Shown: positions 1-14,584 of the stretch, in pieces
How positions within the stretch are numbered: the stretch's first letter is position 1
How the letters are laid out: each line of letters starts with the position of its first letter
Origin: the human T2T-CHM13v2.0 reference genome, Homo sapiens
Direction: 5' to 3' (one strand)
Length of the DNA stretch: 64,000 nucleotides
Assembly: GCF_009914755.1 (NCBI RefSeq)
Contig: NC_060934.1
The notes under the pieces: generated by a model
Database searches by the model: none
The model's input: the letters and a program-made list of their open reading frames with translations, nothing else
Told to the model about the DNA's origin: nothing
Made by a program: the position numbers and the translations under genes

Positions 1-1860
1 AAAATAATAATGCACAAATATCAGTGGCATTTCTATACATCAACAACATCCAAGTTGACAGCCAATCAAGTACACAATCTCATTCACAATAGCCACAAAA
101 AGAATAAAATACCTAGGAATACAGCTAGCCAGGGAGGTGAAGTATCCTACAACGAGAATTACAAAACAATTCTCAAAGAAATCAAAGATGACAAGCAAAT
201 GGAAAAACTTTCCATGTCATGGATAGGAAGAATCAATACTGTTAGAATGGCCATACTGTCCAAAGCAATTTACAGATTCAGTGCTATTTGTATCAAACTA
301 TCAATGACATGCTTCACAGAATTAGAAAAAAAACTATTCTAAAATTCATATGGAATCAAAAAAGAGCTTGAATAGCCAAGGCAATCCTAAGCAAAAAGAA
401 CAAAGCTGGAGGCATCACATTACTTGACTTCAAACTATACTACAAGGCTATAGTAATGAAAACAGTATGGTACTGCTACAAAAACAGATACATATATATG
501 TGTATACATATATATACCAATGGAACAGAATACAGAGCCTGAAATAATACTGTACACCTACAACCATCTGATCTTTGACAAAGTCGATAAAAACAAGCAA
601 TAAGGAAAGGACTCCCTATTCAATAAATGGTGCTGGGATAACTGGGTAGCATATACAGAAGAGTGAAACTGGATGCCTTCCTTGCACCATATGTGAAAAG
701 CAACTCAAGATGGATTAAAGACTTAAATGTAAAGCCTAAAACTATAAAAACCCTGGAAGATAACCTAGGAAGTACCATTCTGGACACAGGACTTGGCAAA
801 GTTTTCATGACAAAGATGCCAAAACTAGTTGCAACCAAAACAAATATTGACAAATGGGACCTAATTAAACTAAAGAGCTTCTGCACAGCAAAAGAAACTA
901 TCAACAAAGTAAACATACAACCTACAGAATGGTAGAAAATATTTGTAACTATGCATCTGACAAAGGTCTAATATCGAGAATCTACAAGGAACTTAAACAA
1001 ATTAACAAGCAGAAAACAACCCCATTAAAAAGTGGGCAAAGGACACGAACAGACACTTTTCAAAAGAAGACACACACGCAGCCAACAAGCATATGAAAAA
1101 AAAACTCGGTATCACTGATCATTAGAGAAATGCAAATCAAAACCACGGTGAGATACCATCTCGCATTTGTCAGAATGGCTGTTATGAAAAAGTCAAAAAA
1201 TAACAGATATTGATGAGGTTGCAGAGAAAAGGGAACATTTATACACTGTTGGTGGAAGTGAAAATTAGTTCAACCACTGTGGAAAGTAGGGTGGCGATTC
1301 CTCAAAGAGCTGAAAATAGAACTACCATTTGATTCAGCAATCCCATTATTGGGTATATATTCAAAGGAATGTAAACCCTTCTACCATAAAGACACATGCA
1401 AGTATATGTTCAGGTCAGCACTATTCACAACAGCAAAGACATGGAATCAACCTAAATGCCCATCAGTGGTGCACTGGATAACGAAAATGTGGTACATATA
1501 CACCTTGGAATATACACAGCCATAAAGGAGAGCGAAGCCATGTCCTTTGCAGCCACATGGATGGAGGCCATTACACAAGTGAACGAATACAAGAACAGAA
1601 AACCATCACCTCATGTTCTCACTTACAGGTGGGAGTGAAATATTGAGTACATACACATGGACACAAAGAGGGGAGCAACAGACACCAGGGAGGGTGGGAA
1701 GAGCGTGAGGATCAAAAAATGACCTATCAGGTACTATGTTTATTACCTGGGGGATGAAATAATCTGCACACTAATCCCTATGACACAATTTACCTATATA
1801 ACAAACCTGCACATGTATCCCTGAACCTAAAACACAAGGGAAAAATAAAAATGAAAAAAG
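1..1860 (+). mobile_element. L1 (L1PA13-16-like) ORF2 C-terminal half + 3' UTR; continues off the left edge
   Basis: ORFs 10-342 and 663-935 are L1 ORF2p-like ([21 protein letters not shown]; [23 protein letters not shown]). 3' UTR ...acaaacctgcacatgtatccctgaacctaaaa with an A-rich tail. Frameshifts and stops throughout; TA-rich microsatellite at ~489-516. Confidence 0.95.
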
Positions 1861-2044
1861 AAATTTCAAGTGGCTTCCTGAAAGCCAGGGTGCTGGGAGT
1901 GAAGCCAGGTCATTGGGAACTTCAGGTGGGGACTTGCAGAGAGGAGATGGAAGTGCCAGATGCAGAGGGACAAGAGATGGGAGGTGGCATTGAGCAGGGC
2001 CATAGGATCCAGTGAGAATGTTCATGTTAAGATGGTGGGCTCAG

Positions 2045-2340
2045 GGCTGGGCATGGTGACCCACATCTGTAATCCCAGCACTTTGGGAGGCTGAGGCAGG
2101 AGGACTGCTTGAAGCCAAGAGTTCAAGACAGTTACTACGTGTGCCACATAGTAAGACCTTATCCATCTCTACAAGATAAATATATAAAAAACTAGCCAGG
2201 TATGTTGGTGGACAACTGTAGTCCCAGATACTCTGGAGGCTGAGGTGAGAGGATCAGTTTGAAGCTGCAGTGAGCTGTGACTGTATCACTGTACTCCAGC
2301 CTGGGCAAAATAGGGAGACCTCATCCCTTAAAAAAAAAAA
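2045..2340 (+). mobile_element. AluJ-type SINE
   Basis: ggctgggcatggtg...tgtaatcccagcactttgggagg, dimeric, J-type gctgcagtgagctgtga, poly(A) 2330-2340. Confidence 0.93.
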
Positions 2341-2511
2341 GTGGGGGGAAAAAAGATGGTGGGTTCAGAGGACCATTTAACACAGAGGGGAAATATTTCC
2401 AAAAGGGGAAGAGTGTGAAGAAACTAGATGGGGAAGGGTTAATTCTGAGAAGTGTACCTTGAACAGCCACTGAACCCCACCGATGACGTGCCAGTGGGCT
2501 TATCCCAGGGG

Positions 2512-2854
2512 TGTCTTCGTGCATTTTGTGCTGCCATAACAGAATACCAGAGACACAGTGTTTTACAACAAAGAGAAATTTATTTCTCATAGTTGTAGGG
2601 GCCAGGAAATCCAATGTCAAGGTGCCAGCATTGCAAGGGAATTCTTGCTGCATCATCCCATGGCAGAACGTGAGAGGGTAAGAGAGACAGCAAGAGGGGC
2701 CTGAACTTGCTTTGATGATGAACCTACTCTCACTATAACGACATTGTTCAATATGAACCAAACACCTCCCATTGGGCCCCAGTTCCTAACAGTATTGCAC
2801 TGGGGATGAAGTTTTTAACACATAAACCTTGGGACATACATGCAAACCATAGCA
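2512..2854 (-). mobile_element. MaLR solo LTR (MLT1A/MSTD-like)
   Basis: TG...CA ends (tgtcttcgt...aaaccatagca), MaLR motifs (gaaatttatttctcatagtt, caaggtgccagca), near-perfect 5-bp TSD agggg/ggggg. Confidence 0.88.
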
Positions 2855-3666
2855 GGGGGTTACTATTTTAGATGAGGTCCGAAGGTGGCAATCATGGCTT
2901 TATTGGTTTCTGGTCCTTGTGGGAGGTGGCCCTGAAGGATGTTGAACATCAAATGCTTTAAACTGCTCTAACCCCCTTTTGGGTATCCCATTCCTGACTG
3001 CCAGTCACGCCTTCTTTCCCTAAATTATCCAACCGAGGGGCAGCTGGCAATTTGTAACCATTCCTATCAGATCACTGAGGCCCAAATTAAGCCCAAAGGT
3101 TTGAAGAATGTCACGATAGTTTTGATGTCTCCCTGCTACCACTCTGCTGGCCAACAAGCGTTGGCATATGTGACTCCATTCTGTCCAAAACTAATTCGGT
3201 GCTTAAGAACGCGAGCACTTTCCAAAGACCATCTGTTTACTCTTCTGCTTAAGGAACTCCACTCTCCCCCAGCCTCCTAGGATTGAATTCAATAAATCCT
3301 GACATGGAGGGATGTTTTTTTGGCAGGTCTAGAAATTGAATGTTTTCCAAATGGTACATTATTGATATTAAAACCGATTTGTGCATCGCCAGGCATCAAA
3401 GAAATGTACTAAATAATATCTCCAGGAATGAAAAGGAAATTGAAAAGCCTGTCCACGGGCATTTATCAGCAAAAACACCAGCCTCAACTGTAAAATTCAG
3501 CAAGTGAGAAATCTACAGACTCCTACAAACAAAGGAAAGCTACTCCGATATATTCAGACTTAAACCCACTTCCAACCTACTTAGAAACACCTGACATAAA
3601 ATAAACTTTCTCGCGCAGCCCTGGCTCTTCTCCTTGCTCCAGACTGCAGCCACCATGAGGAAGACT

Positions 3667-3845
3667 TAGGAGTGAGAGACTTTAGGTTCGAATCCTGATT
3701 CCCACCTTCTGCCTCCACACACAGGGAAGCTGTGTGTGATCTTGCACAGGTTATGCAAACTCTCCCAAACCTCAATTTCCTCATTAGTTACAATACCTTT
3801 CTTATGAGATTGGGTGACTAGTAAATGACACGGCACATAGTAGGT
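3667..3845 (+). mobile_element. MIR
   Basis: ggttcgaatcctg...tgtgtgatcttgcacaggtt...cctcaatttcctcat core; ggcacatagtagg end. Confidence 0.8.
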
Positions 3846-4899
3846 CTGTAGATCTTTCTTTCATTTCCTTTTCCAGCTATGGCTCTGTGCTCCGCAGCAT
3901 ACGAGTGGGTGCTGAGAAGCACGTTAGAGCCAGTGCGGTATCAGTTCATCCTGCTTGATGGGTTGGCTTGCTTGCTGCCTGTTTGCTGACTCAAAGAATG
4001 TAATTTCCTAACGCAGAACACGAAAGAGAGTAGTGGATATTTAATCAACGTTTTGTTGAGTGTGTAAGGATCACATACAATATAATTCCGTGAGTAACTT
4101 AAGTAAAGCAGTGACATAAATATTTAAAGACTTGTTGAGAATGCAGCTGTAAATCTGTATTGATTGTTACTGCACGTTTTACAGAACGTTCGAAATTTCT
4201 GTAGATTATCACAATGAAGGACAGCACTCCCCGTGATTTGAAGGCAGGTACAGTTTCCACTGGTCACTGGAGCGGAGTCATCTGCCTTCCATCAGTGGAG
4301 TTTCCAGGCTGGGCTGGGGGCTTTTGGGGATCTTTCAGGGATGAATGACCACAGAAAATTTCTTCTCAATTTTCTACTATTATTTAAATCCCATGACAGT
4401 GATATTCATGCCAGAGTCACCAATGTACATCACATGTTTGCCTTAAAATTTATCTTTAGAATATATTTGTGACAAGTGTTTTAGGACCCATAATTAAAAA
4501 AAAATCATGTTCATTCTAATGTGTGACAGTTCAATTTTAGCCAGCTGGGGCAACCAGCTCTGTCACCTGGCCTGACTATGAAATAAAGCTTCCAGTGTCT
4601 TCCCTGTGCATAGGTGTGAATTTCCAGTAAGTGTGTCACTGGGAGAAAGACAGTGGCTCTACAATGGCCTTTTTCCCTGAATTTAGGTGTGTAAACCAAA
4701 TCACACAACCCACACACTGTGCCCAATTAAAGCCTAGGCAAGTTCAAGTGCATCTGCCTGGCACCCATTCCCACAATATATTATTAGTCCAATGATAATG
4801 CTGTCTTGTGATTATTTTAGAGCTTGTGAATTTTAAGTGTTTATTGTCTGACTTACATTTGATAAAACACGAAGGCAGTTGAAAAAATAAAACCATATG

Positions 4900-6055
4900 T
4901 CATCTAAAGATAAACAGAGAAGTATATCTTCATAGTCATGGGTGAAGCCAAGCTATCTTAAAGGAGGTATGAGTGTGAGGATACAAACAGGTAAAGACTA
5001 ACACACATGGATACACACTCATACATACTATTCACAGAAGAAAATGTTGCCGAATTTCACTTTGTTAAAATTAAGCACTTCTGCTCATCAAAATACACTG
5101 AGAGAGTGAAAAGACAAACCAAAGACTGGAGAAGATATTTACAACACATGCATCTGACAAAGGACTTGTATCCAGAACATATGAGGAGCTTGTACAAGCC
5201 AATAAGGAAGAGAAAACTCAACAAACACATAGGCAAAAGACTTGAGCAGGCACTTCACACACAAAAAAGATATTCGAGTGGCAAATAACCATGTGGAGAT
5301 ACGGTCAGCTTCATTACTATCAGGAAATGTAAATTATAATTATAATAAGACACCACTGCACACTCTCTAGGATGGCTAAAAACAAAGACTTAAAACTAAG
5401 TGGTGGGGAGGAAGTGGGGCAACAAGAACTCTCATGGATTGCTGGTGAGAGAGTCCATTGTATAACTTCTTTGGAAACCTGTTTGGCAGTATTGACTGAA
5501 GCTGAGCAAACATATCCCTTAGAACCCAGCAGTTGGATTACTTGGTATATATCCAAGAGAAAAAAGTGCATATACCCCCAGGTGAATGTACAAAAATATT
5601 CATACTGGCTTTAATTAAAAACTAGCAACAATCCAAGTGTCATCAAGAGTAGAATGGAGAAATCCATTGTGGTGTATTCATGGAATGGAACCCCACAGGA
5701 AAAAAAAAGAATAAACTACTACTACACTCAACAACATGGATGACTCTCACAGACACAAGGAAGAATGAAAAAAGCCAGACACAAAAGAGAATACGCCGTG
5801 TGTTAATTTATAACATGCTTGAGAATAGGCAAAACTCATCTATAAAAAAGAGGTCACAATAGTGATCATGCTTGTCTCTCTGTGTGTGAGCTGTGACTAG
5901 TGAGGGAGCATGTGAGAATGTTCTCATTGTGAACATTCTATTTCTTGATCAGCGTGATGGTTATTTGCAAAGAGGGCATATATACGTCAAAATCTATTAA
6001 ACGAACACTTAAGATTTGTACACATCATTATATGAATGTAAGAGTGTAATAAAAA
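4900..6055 (+). mobile_element. Old L1 (L1ME-like) ORF2 3' end and 3' UTR
   Basis: ORF 5007-5288 (VKIKHFCSSK...VKRQTKDWRRY) is L1-like; catctgacaaaggacttgtatccagaa; aaagccagacacaaaaga; aataaa end. Confidence 0.88.
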
Positions 6056-6072
6056 TGGAGAAAGAATGAGAG

Positions 6073-6485
<413 letters not shown>

Positions 6486-6859
6486 TCAGATTAGATCTAA
6501 AACTGACCTACTCCTTTTTTAAGTTTTTGAAACCAGTTAGGTGAGAGGACACCTTAAGGTAGTCATGTAAGCTGCTTAAAACTACTTACCTGTTTGAATC
6601 AAGATTCTCTTAATATTAAAGAACCAAAAATATAGAAATAAATGGATTACTGATGCTGATATTGCAATTTTCATCCATAACTCCTGGCTTTATTTTTTAT
6701 GTGATTATTATAAAGCTTTGCCATTTTCATTTTATAAAGAAATGCTATAAACATTACATTTATAAAATATCTATTTCCTATATTGAGGTATGAAGTACTC
6801 GACACTCTATGACATAAAACATAACTTTTACAAAAGGGAATATGTTTTGATGTGTAATT

Positions 6860-7014
6860 TGGAATTTCTGAGAGGAGACCAGGAATGGCTGGATCCAGGG
6901 GTTCAAATAATGTCAGAGTTCTATCACTCTTTAAATCTCTCAGCCTGTTTGCCTCTAGCTGTTTGTATTCCAAGCAAGTTCTTTACATGTGGTGAGTGGC
7001 AAGCAGTAGCCATG
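6860..7014 (-). mobile_element. Old MLT1 (J/K-like) LTR fragment, left part
   Basis: ggctggatccaggggttcaaataatgtc motif; continues after the MST insertion. Confidence 0.6.
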
Positions 7015-7430
7015 TGTATTAGTCCTTTCTCACATTGCTATAAAGAAATACCTGAGACTGAGTAATTTATAAAGGAAAGGGCTTTAATTAGCTCAGTGTT
7101 CCACAGGCCATAGAGGAAGCATGATGCTAGCATCTGCTCAGCTTCTGGGGAGGTCTCAAGAAACTTACAATCAGGCAGAAGGTGAAGGGGAAGCAGGCAC
7201 GTCTTACATGGCAGGAGCAGGAACAAGAGGAGGTGGGAGGAGCTGCACACTTACAAGCAACCAGATCTTATGAGAACTCACTATCACAACGACAGCACCA
7301 AGGGGGATGGTATTAAACCATGAGGAACCACCTTCATGATCCAATCACTTCCCACCAGGCCCCATCTCCAACACTAGGGATTACCACTCGACATGAGATT
7401 TGGGTGGGGACCCAGATCCAAACCATATCA
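7015..7430 (-). mobile_element. MST (MSTA/B-like) solo LTR
   Basis: tgtattagtcc...ataaagaaatacctgagactg...ccaaaccatatca; TSD ccatg/tcatg. Confidence 0.92.
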
Positions 7431-7600
7431 TCATGCTTACATTATCCTTATGGCTTCTAATCCCAAAGAGAGGGAGAAAGTTTGGGAAAGACCCTAATTG
7501 GCCTGACTTAGATCAAGCGTCCATCTTAGAACCAACCAGTATGGCTGGGGTACAGGGTTCTCTTAATTGGTTGGAGTGCACCCATTCAGGTCTGGATACC
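7431..7600 (-). mobile_element. Old MLT1 LTR fragment, right part
   Basis: taattggcctgacttagatca...gaaccaaccagtatggctgggg, typical of MLT1J/K. Confidence 0.55.
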
Positions 7601-8048
7601 AGCCCTGGAATCACATAGATTGTGCAGGCTAGCTATGGAATGACAGAAAGGTGGCCCTGCATAGCGAGTGGCAATGGGCAGACAAAGGCTTCACACTGCA
7701 CAGTCTGTAAATTTCATTCAAATAAAAGACATTCGGAAGTGGGAACTCACAGGCAGAGAGGAAGGAAAATTCAAGGCACTGGGAAGAAGCCATGTGAATA
7801 GAGACACAGAAGGGAAAGAAGTTGAAGGACAAGGTGAGGGGCCTGCGATTCAGGGACGTGGAGGCAGGAGGTGGAACAGAAGCCCCATCAGACCGGGCAG
7901 GGCACTGCATCCGTCCCCATGTCCCGACAGATCAGTGCTGGGCAGGTCTTGGCTTGCCTGATCTTATCAATGCAGGCCCTGGGTGCAGGATGAGTCTGAT
8001 GTGACTCCGGAAGCCACAGGGACAGAGGGAAAGGAAGTGCAGAACTCC

Positions 8049-8345
8049 AGCCATGTGACCCAGCAACCTCTCTGCAGCTCTGATTCTTCACCTGTAGAAT
8101 GAGAGCTAACACGTCTACCTTGCAGTGTTCTCGAAACGATTAGAGGTCATTTACCACATTTTAGCCATATGACTGTGCACAAGTTACCCAAACTTCTCTG
8201 AAGCTCATCTTCTGAATCTACAGAATAGGAACCACCTGACAGGATTGTTGTAAAGGTTAAGCGAGAAAAGCCATGTAAACCACAGGGAATGATGCTCGGG
8301 ACACCGTGTGCACACAATACCTGGTGCTGGCGGTGATTATTACTA
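8049..8345 (+). mobile_element. Two tandem MIR fragments
   Basis: Two cores (agccatgtgacc...cttcacctgtagaatgag; tagccatatgactgtgcacaagtta...caggattgttgtaaaggttaa). Confidence 0.7.
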
Positions 8346-8626
8346 TTTCCATCCAGAAATGATCACGCCCGCTTGTGAAGCCCCCAGCACCTTCAGCCTC
8401 TCCTCTGGCAGTTACCTTTCCACCTCATGGGAGAGGTCCATGTCTGACCTTCCATGCCAGGCTCTCAGAGACCACAGCTTCCTACCCACATGGTGCTTTG
8501 CATGCAGCAAGTGCCCTGCAAATGTGAGCTGAAGAATGAACAAATGGAAACTTATTCTCGTGAAGAGCCTTTAAGATCTAGTGATGAATTAGTGATGGAA
8601 ATTTTTCATCCTGAAAAAGTAAAGCA

Positions 8627-8963
8627 TGCTGGGTGTGGTGGCTCACACCTGTAATCCCAGCATTTTGAGAGTCCGAGGTGGGAGGATCACTTGAGCCCAG
8701 GAGTTCAAGGCCAGCCTGAGCAACAAAGTGAGACTCTGTCTCTACATAAAAAAAAAAAAAAAAAGCAACAAACAAACAAAAAAACAAAAAGACCCAACTA
8801 GCTAGGTATAGTAGCATATGCCTGTAGTCCCAGCTACTAGAGAGACTGAGGAGGGAGAACTGCTTTAGCCTGGGAGGTCAAGGCTGCAGTGAGCTGTGAT
8901 TGCACCACTGCACTCCCACCTGGGCAAAAGAGTGAGACCCTGTCTCAAAAAAAGAAAAATAAA
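8627..8963 (+). mobile_element. AluJ with expanded A-rich linker
   Basis: gaggatcacttgagcccaggagttc, ggtcaaggctgcagtgagctgtgat; TSD agtaaagcat/agtaaaccat. Confidence 0.93.
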
Positions 8964-8979
8964 AACTAGTAAACCATGA

Positions 8980-9440
8980 GCAAGATTTAAATGTACTAAA
9001 TGGATAAACCTCCAAAAATGTAATTGCAGTGAAAAAATAAAGTCAGAGAATGAGGAATATTCCATGATATCATTTATGTAAATTTTTAAAGGCACGAAAT
9101 GCTTTCTGTAGATGAATAGGACTATAAAATTATTACCTAAGATGCAAAGATGAGCACAATCCATGAGAAAGCCTCCTTTGGGTAGGTGGGAGGGGCATGT
9201 GGAAGGCTTGAAGGTCAAGGAAGTTTAGCTTTATCTGGATTGTTCGCATATTTTTTTAAAGGACCATGGGTTCATATGGGTTGTATCATGTTGAAAGATA
9301 ATACATATGGGTAAAAAACTGGGTGCAAATATAGCAAAATGTTAGTAGTGGTTAATTCTGGGTGCTGGAAATATGGGTTGTAATTATTTTTCCTTTTTTA
9401 ACATTTATATTTAGTTTTTCTATTATTAAATTTATTAAAA
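8980..9440 (+). mobile_element. Old L1ME-type 3' UTR fragment
   Basis: atggataaacctccaaaa...gtgaaaaaataaagtcagagaat...atgatatcatttatgtaaatttt. Confidence 0.55.
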
Positions 9441-9459
9441 ATTTAATTAAAATAAATTA

Positions 9460-10075
9460 TATCTTTTTAGCCAAATAAGTAGTTTTTGCACAGATAAAAG
9501 AGGCACATTATACAAATTCAAGGTACAAATGATTAGACATGGGAGGATCTGATCCTTTTGCCATCCCACCCTGGCCACCCAGATCCTCTCCCTACAGTCA
9601 ACAACTGTTACAAGTGTCTGAAGAATTTTTTCAGAGATAGAGAGTAGGTTTATACATGTGTATTTTTTGTACAAATGGTAGCATTCTATAAACACTTTTC
9701 AGTAACTTATTCTTTTAAACTTGACAGAACATCTTGAAGTCAGTTCTATCTCTCTCTCTCTAGACTCTTCACTTCAAAAAAAGGTTGGACAGTATTCCAT
9801 TTTATGAATATAAATTCTTTATGATATAATTTTTTAGCTGGTTCTCTATAGATGGACATTGAGTTTACTTCAAATTGTTGGCTATTACAGTGTTTCAACA
9901 AATACCATTGTTGATACATCTTTTTGCATGTTTGTGAATAAATCTGTAGGATAAATTATTATGGACAAAACTGCTAAGTCAAGGGTTATGTACATTTACA
10001 TTTTGGGTTGATGTCACCAAATTATTTTCCATAGAGACTATTCCAAGCTATACCCCACCCTCAATGTAAGAAAAC
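9460..10075 (-). mobile_element. Old L1ME/L1MC 3' end
   Basis: agtattccattttatgaatata...gatggacattgag...ctgtaggataaatt, antisense L1 3' motifs. Confidence 0.7.
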
Positions 10076-10989
10076 TATGTTCATTATTAAAGAACACAGG
10101 TGCATTAGGTGCAAAAGACCTCCCATTTAAAAAATTAAAACATAAGAACAAAATTTTCTATAAGTTTATATATAATAAATCTTCAAGTCAACCATTAGTT
10201 TTGAGTCTCAGGAATTGCAGAAACCTGTAAGAAGTTTGGATATCTGTGTTTAGAATTGGCAAGCATCAACAAGCAAAAGAGAAAACATAGTTTCAGTAAG
10301 TATTACAGCTGATAATAAATTTTGCTTTTGTTGGGCTTCAGTCCACAATAAGTACCTGCACTGCTGAAATTTAAAATATTTTAAAATCACTTTATGCGGC
10401 ATAACATAAAAATCCTATAACCCACCCGATCTCTGTTTACTTCAAAAATCATTCCCCCTCTTATGATTGCCTTGCTTAATATACTATATATTTTAACTAT
10501 CCAATTTACAGCGTTTGGGAAGACCTAAAATATCAGCATGCATCAGAACATTAACAACCTATTTAGCAGTATTTTTTTTAACCAAAAGCCTAGAGGATAC
10601 ATTTATCAAATAGGTATTACACATATGATTTCCTCAAAGTGTGTGTTTCTGCTCCATTTCAAACATTCCCATCATCTAAACTGATGGATTTTAATTTTAA
10701 TTAGTCTTAGATTCCAGGAGAGTCATCTTAATGTATAAGATGACCTTGGCAGTTGACCAGCAATAAACAATGAGCCCAGCTTTTCTCCGAGTGAGTCTGA
10801 CAGCCACACAATGGCCTCTGGGGACTCAGCTCCAGCGAACTTTGATGTACCCAACCCAGCCAATAAAACTTCCTGCTGGCATTTTCTTCAAAAGTACTTT
10901 TTTCCTTTTCTTTTTCATTTACAATGGAAAAGGATGTAAGTAAAAGGAGAAAACAACTGTGGCAGAGAGAACTCTTCACTTGGAATGGA

Positions 10990-11868
<879 letters not shown>

Positions 11869-12689
11869 CTAGGCTACCTCTGCTGCCTCCTCCTTATTGT
11901 GCCCTGGGGGGCTGCAAAACAATCAAAAGGAATCAATTACACCCAACCAGGGGCTTCTGCTCCAAGCAAATAAGAGGGCAAAGTAAATACTCATTGTCTT
12001 TGTCCAGGCTTATCTAAACAGGCTCGTTAATGGTTGCTTCCAAAAAATGTATTTTGCGTCTTTGAGGAGAGGAAAATCAATAACAATATTGGGTTTATGT
12101 GAAGGTCAGTGGGTTCGGCACTTAGCATCTCTTATCCTCAGGTTTTAAAGGAAGCTATGAAGGAGCATTATTTCTGACAATCCTGCATGGGAAATGTCTT
12201 GACTGAGATTCTTGGACTTAATAAAAGATTTATGGTGGAAATTCTGCAAGTAATATCTTGTTAGAATAAGTTCTGTGCTAACCTCAAGTGACAAGTGATT
12301 GCTCAAACTTGTTCCCCGGGCTCCTGGGCCTTCTCTTTAATCTTTTATTAGCTCTGTTCTCCAAACTTGAAATACAAGGGGTGGCAATTGTTTGGGTCCA
12401 TTATCTTTGATATGAGTGTCTCTTCTGTATTTGAAGATCTGTTTTCTTTTTCTGAATTACAAATGAAGTAAATGTCACCATTTGATGGTAATGGATGGCA
12501 TTTAAATACACACTGAATGTCGCATTGCTTAAAAGTCAAGACCCTTGTAAGCAATATTAAGTGATAGGCAGAGAGTGTTTTCTGGGATAGAGAAGACAGG
12601 GGAAGAGTTCACAGCTCTGATGGTGAACGCAGGGAAAATCCATTGTCCCAAGATCTTGACACTTAGAAACTGAAAATGAAGAAAACACA

Positions 12690-12838
12690 AGTGTGTGTGT
12701 GTATGGCTTGTGTATGTGCATATATATACACATAGATATGTGTGTGTGTGTATATATATATATTTCTGTGTTATATTCATTTAACCTTAATTACCTCCTC
12801 ACAGGCCCTACATAACTGTATTTGGAGAAGGGTCTGCA

Positions 12839-12875
<37 letters not shown>

Positions 12876-12945
12876 ATATGTGTGTGTATATATATATATA
12901 TACACACATATACATGTGTGTACATATATATATACATACACACTT
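12690..12945. repeat. Compound (TG)n/(TA)n/(CA)n microsatellite in two blocks
   Basis: Directly visible; blocks at ~12690-12763 and ~12842-12943 are separated by non-repetitive sequence (see findings). Confidence 0.95.
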
Positions 12946-13045
12946 CTGTGCTATAGCCATTATATTATTAATATAATTCAGAGAGAAATAGTTGCCAAAA
13001 TCATTTTACAATCTAGTGATTAGGGTGGATGATCCGGCTATCTAC

Positions 13046-13390
13046 TGTTATGGACTGATTTGTCTCCTCCCAAACTTATAGGTTGAAGCCCTAACCCACA
13101 ACGTGACTGTATTTGGAGCTAGGGCCTGTAGGAAGGAATTAAGGTTAAAGGAGGCCATCAGTGTCCTTATAAAAAGAAGCCACACCAGGAGTGCACACAC
13201 AGAGAAAAGGCCATGAAGACATAGTGATAAGGCGCCATCTGCAAGCCAAGGATAGAGGCCCCAGGTGAAACTAACCTGCCAGCACCTTGATCTTGGACTT
13301 CCAGCCTCTGAAACCATGGGAAATTACATTTCTGTTGTTTAAGCCCCCGAGTCTGGCATTTTCCGATGGCAGCCCTACCTGATGAGTACA
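13046..13390 (+). mobile_element. MLT1B-like solo LTR
   Basis: tgttatggactga...gactgtatttggag...ccagcaccttgatcttggacttccagcctc...taca; perfect TSD TCTAC (13041-45, 13391-95). Confidence 0.93.
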
Positions 13391-13399
13391 TCTACTCGT

Positions 13400-13854
13400 T
13401 AGCCAGCCCTAGTTCCTTTCCTCTGCTGGCAGAATCTGCATCCTATCCCAGATGGAAAACACTGGTGACTTGCTGTCCCAGCCTCCCTTGCCACCCAGAC
13501 TGGGCATGTGATCCAGTCCCAGCCAATGAGACATAAATGGAAGTCTCCTGGGGCTTCTGGAAAAGATGAGAGAGATGGATGTCTGAGAAGAACCACTCAC
13601 CCTCTTGATGCGTATGAATTTTATCACATGAGGAAGTGAAGCTGGAGCTGCCACAGTTGTCTTAAGACCCTTTGGGAGGCCAAGAGCAGCGCAAGGGAGG
13701 GGTCTTAGAGCCTCAATGCAGTGCAGCTGCTGAACCAACCCTGGAAACTGCTTACCCCTACACTCCTTGGTATGTGAGAAAAATAAAACCCCATGTTTGA
13801 GCCACTTTTACTTGAATATGCATTGCTTGGGCTGAAAATGTATTAAATGATCCA
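13400..13854 (+). mobile_element. MLT1I/J-like LTR
   Basis: cccagcctcccttgc...catgtgatccagtcccagccaatgaga...gctggagctgccacag...tatgtgagaaaaataaaacc. Confidence 0.75.
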
Positions 13855-14251
13855 ATGTTTTGTTTTTGTTTTTTAAAGGAAGTCTTTTGGAAATCTGTCA
13901 TTCCACATGATACCATGCCAGACAGACAAGTATCACGTTCTAGAGAATTCTAGTTAACCCAGGCCATTAGAAAGTTGAGCATAGAGGTTTTTCCACGTTG
14001 ACACAATCTTTTGAGTGTGAGCAATTATGACTGTGTGCAATTCTGCTATAAGTGCATGGATTGATAAGACTGTCCAATTGTTCAAATATTTCTTCTAAAA
14101 ATCAGCAGAATTCCCCCCTCTTCTTCATCTCCACTATGAGCATCCCAATCCATCGTCTTGCTTCTGGCCAGTCCCCATTGCGTTCCTCGCAGTCTAGGCA
14201 TACTCGCTTGTTTATCTTTTACTTTAAAAAGTTTCTTTTCTTTAAAAAAAA

Positions 14252-14350
14252 TTTTTTTTAGTATTTTTTATTCAAAATTTTTTTATTTTAAATTTTCTTG
14301 GGTATATAGTAGGTGTATATATTTATGGGGTACATGAGATGTTTTGATAC
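14252..14350 (-). mobile_element. Very short L1MA/L1PB 3' terminus
   Basis: T-rich tail then gggtatatagtaggtgtatatatttatggggtacatgagatgttttgatac. Confidence 0.85.
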
Positions 14351-14584
14351 TACTTAAAAAAATTTCAAATCAAAGTAACACATATGCATGACTTGACAAG
14401 AAAGTTGTGCAGAGGGGCTTACAATGGGTCCCTTGGCTCACCAGTCCCTCCTCACACAGGTAATCATTTTAACCATTAAATATATATGCTCTCACCGTCC
14501 TCTCCCCATATATAATTATATCCCTAATCATTATCTTTAGATTTTTAAATAGTTTGTGCCAATACAAATATACTTAATTATCTA

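Noticed and set aside
7889-7950. Small imperfect hairpin (agacc...gcactg...cagtgc...ggtct)
   Set aside because: The stems are only 5-6 bp with large internal loops; not pre-miRNA-like.
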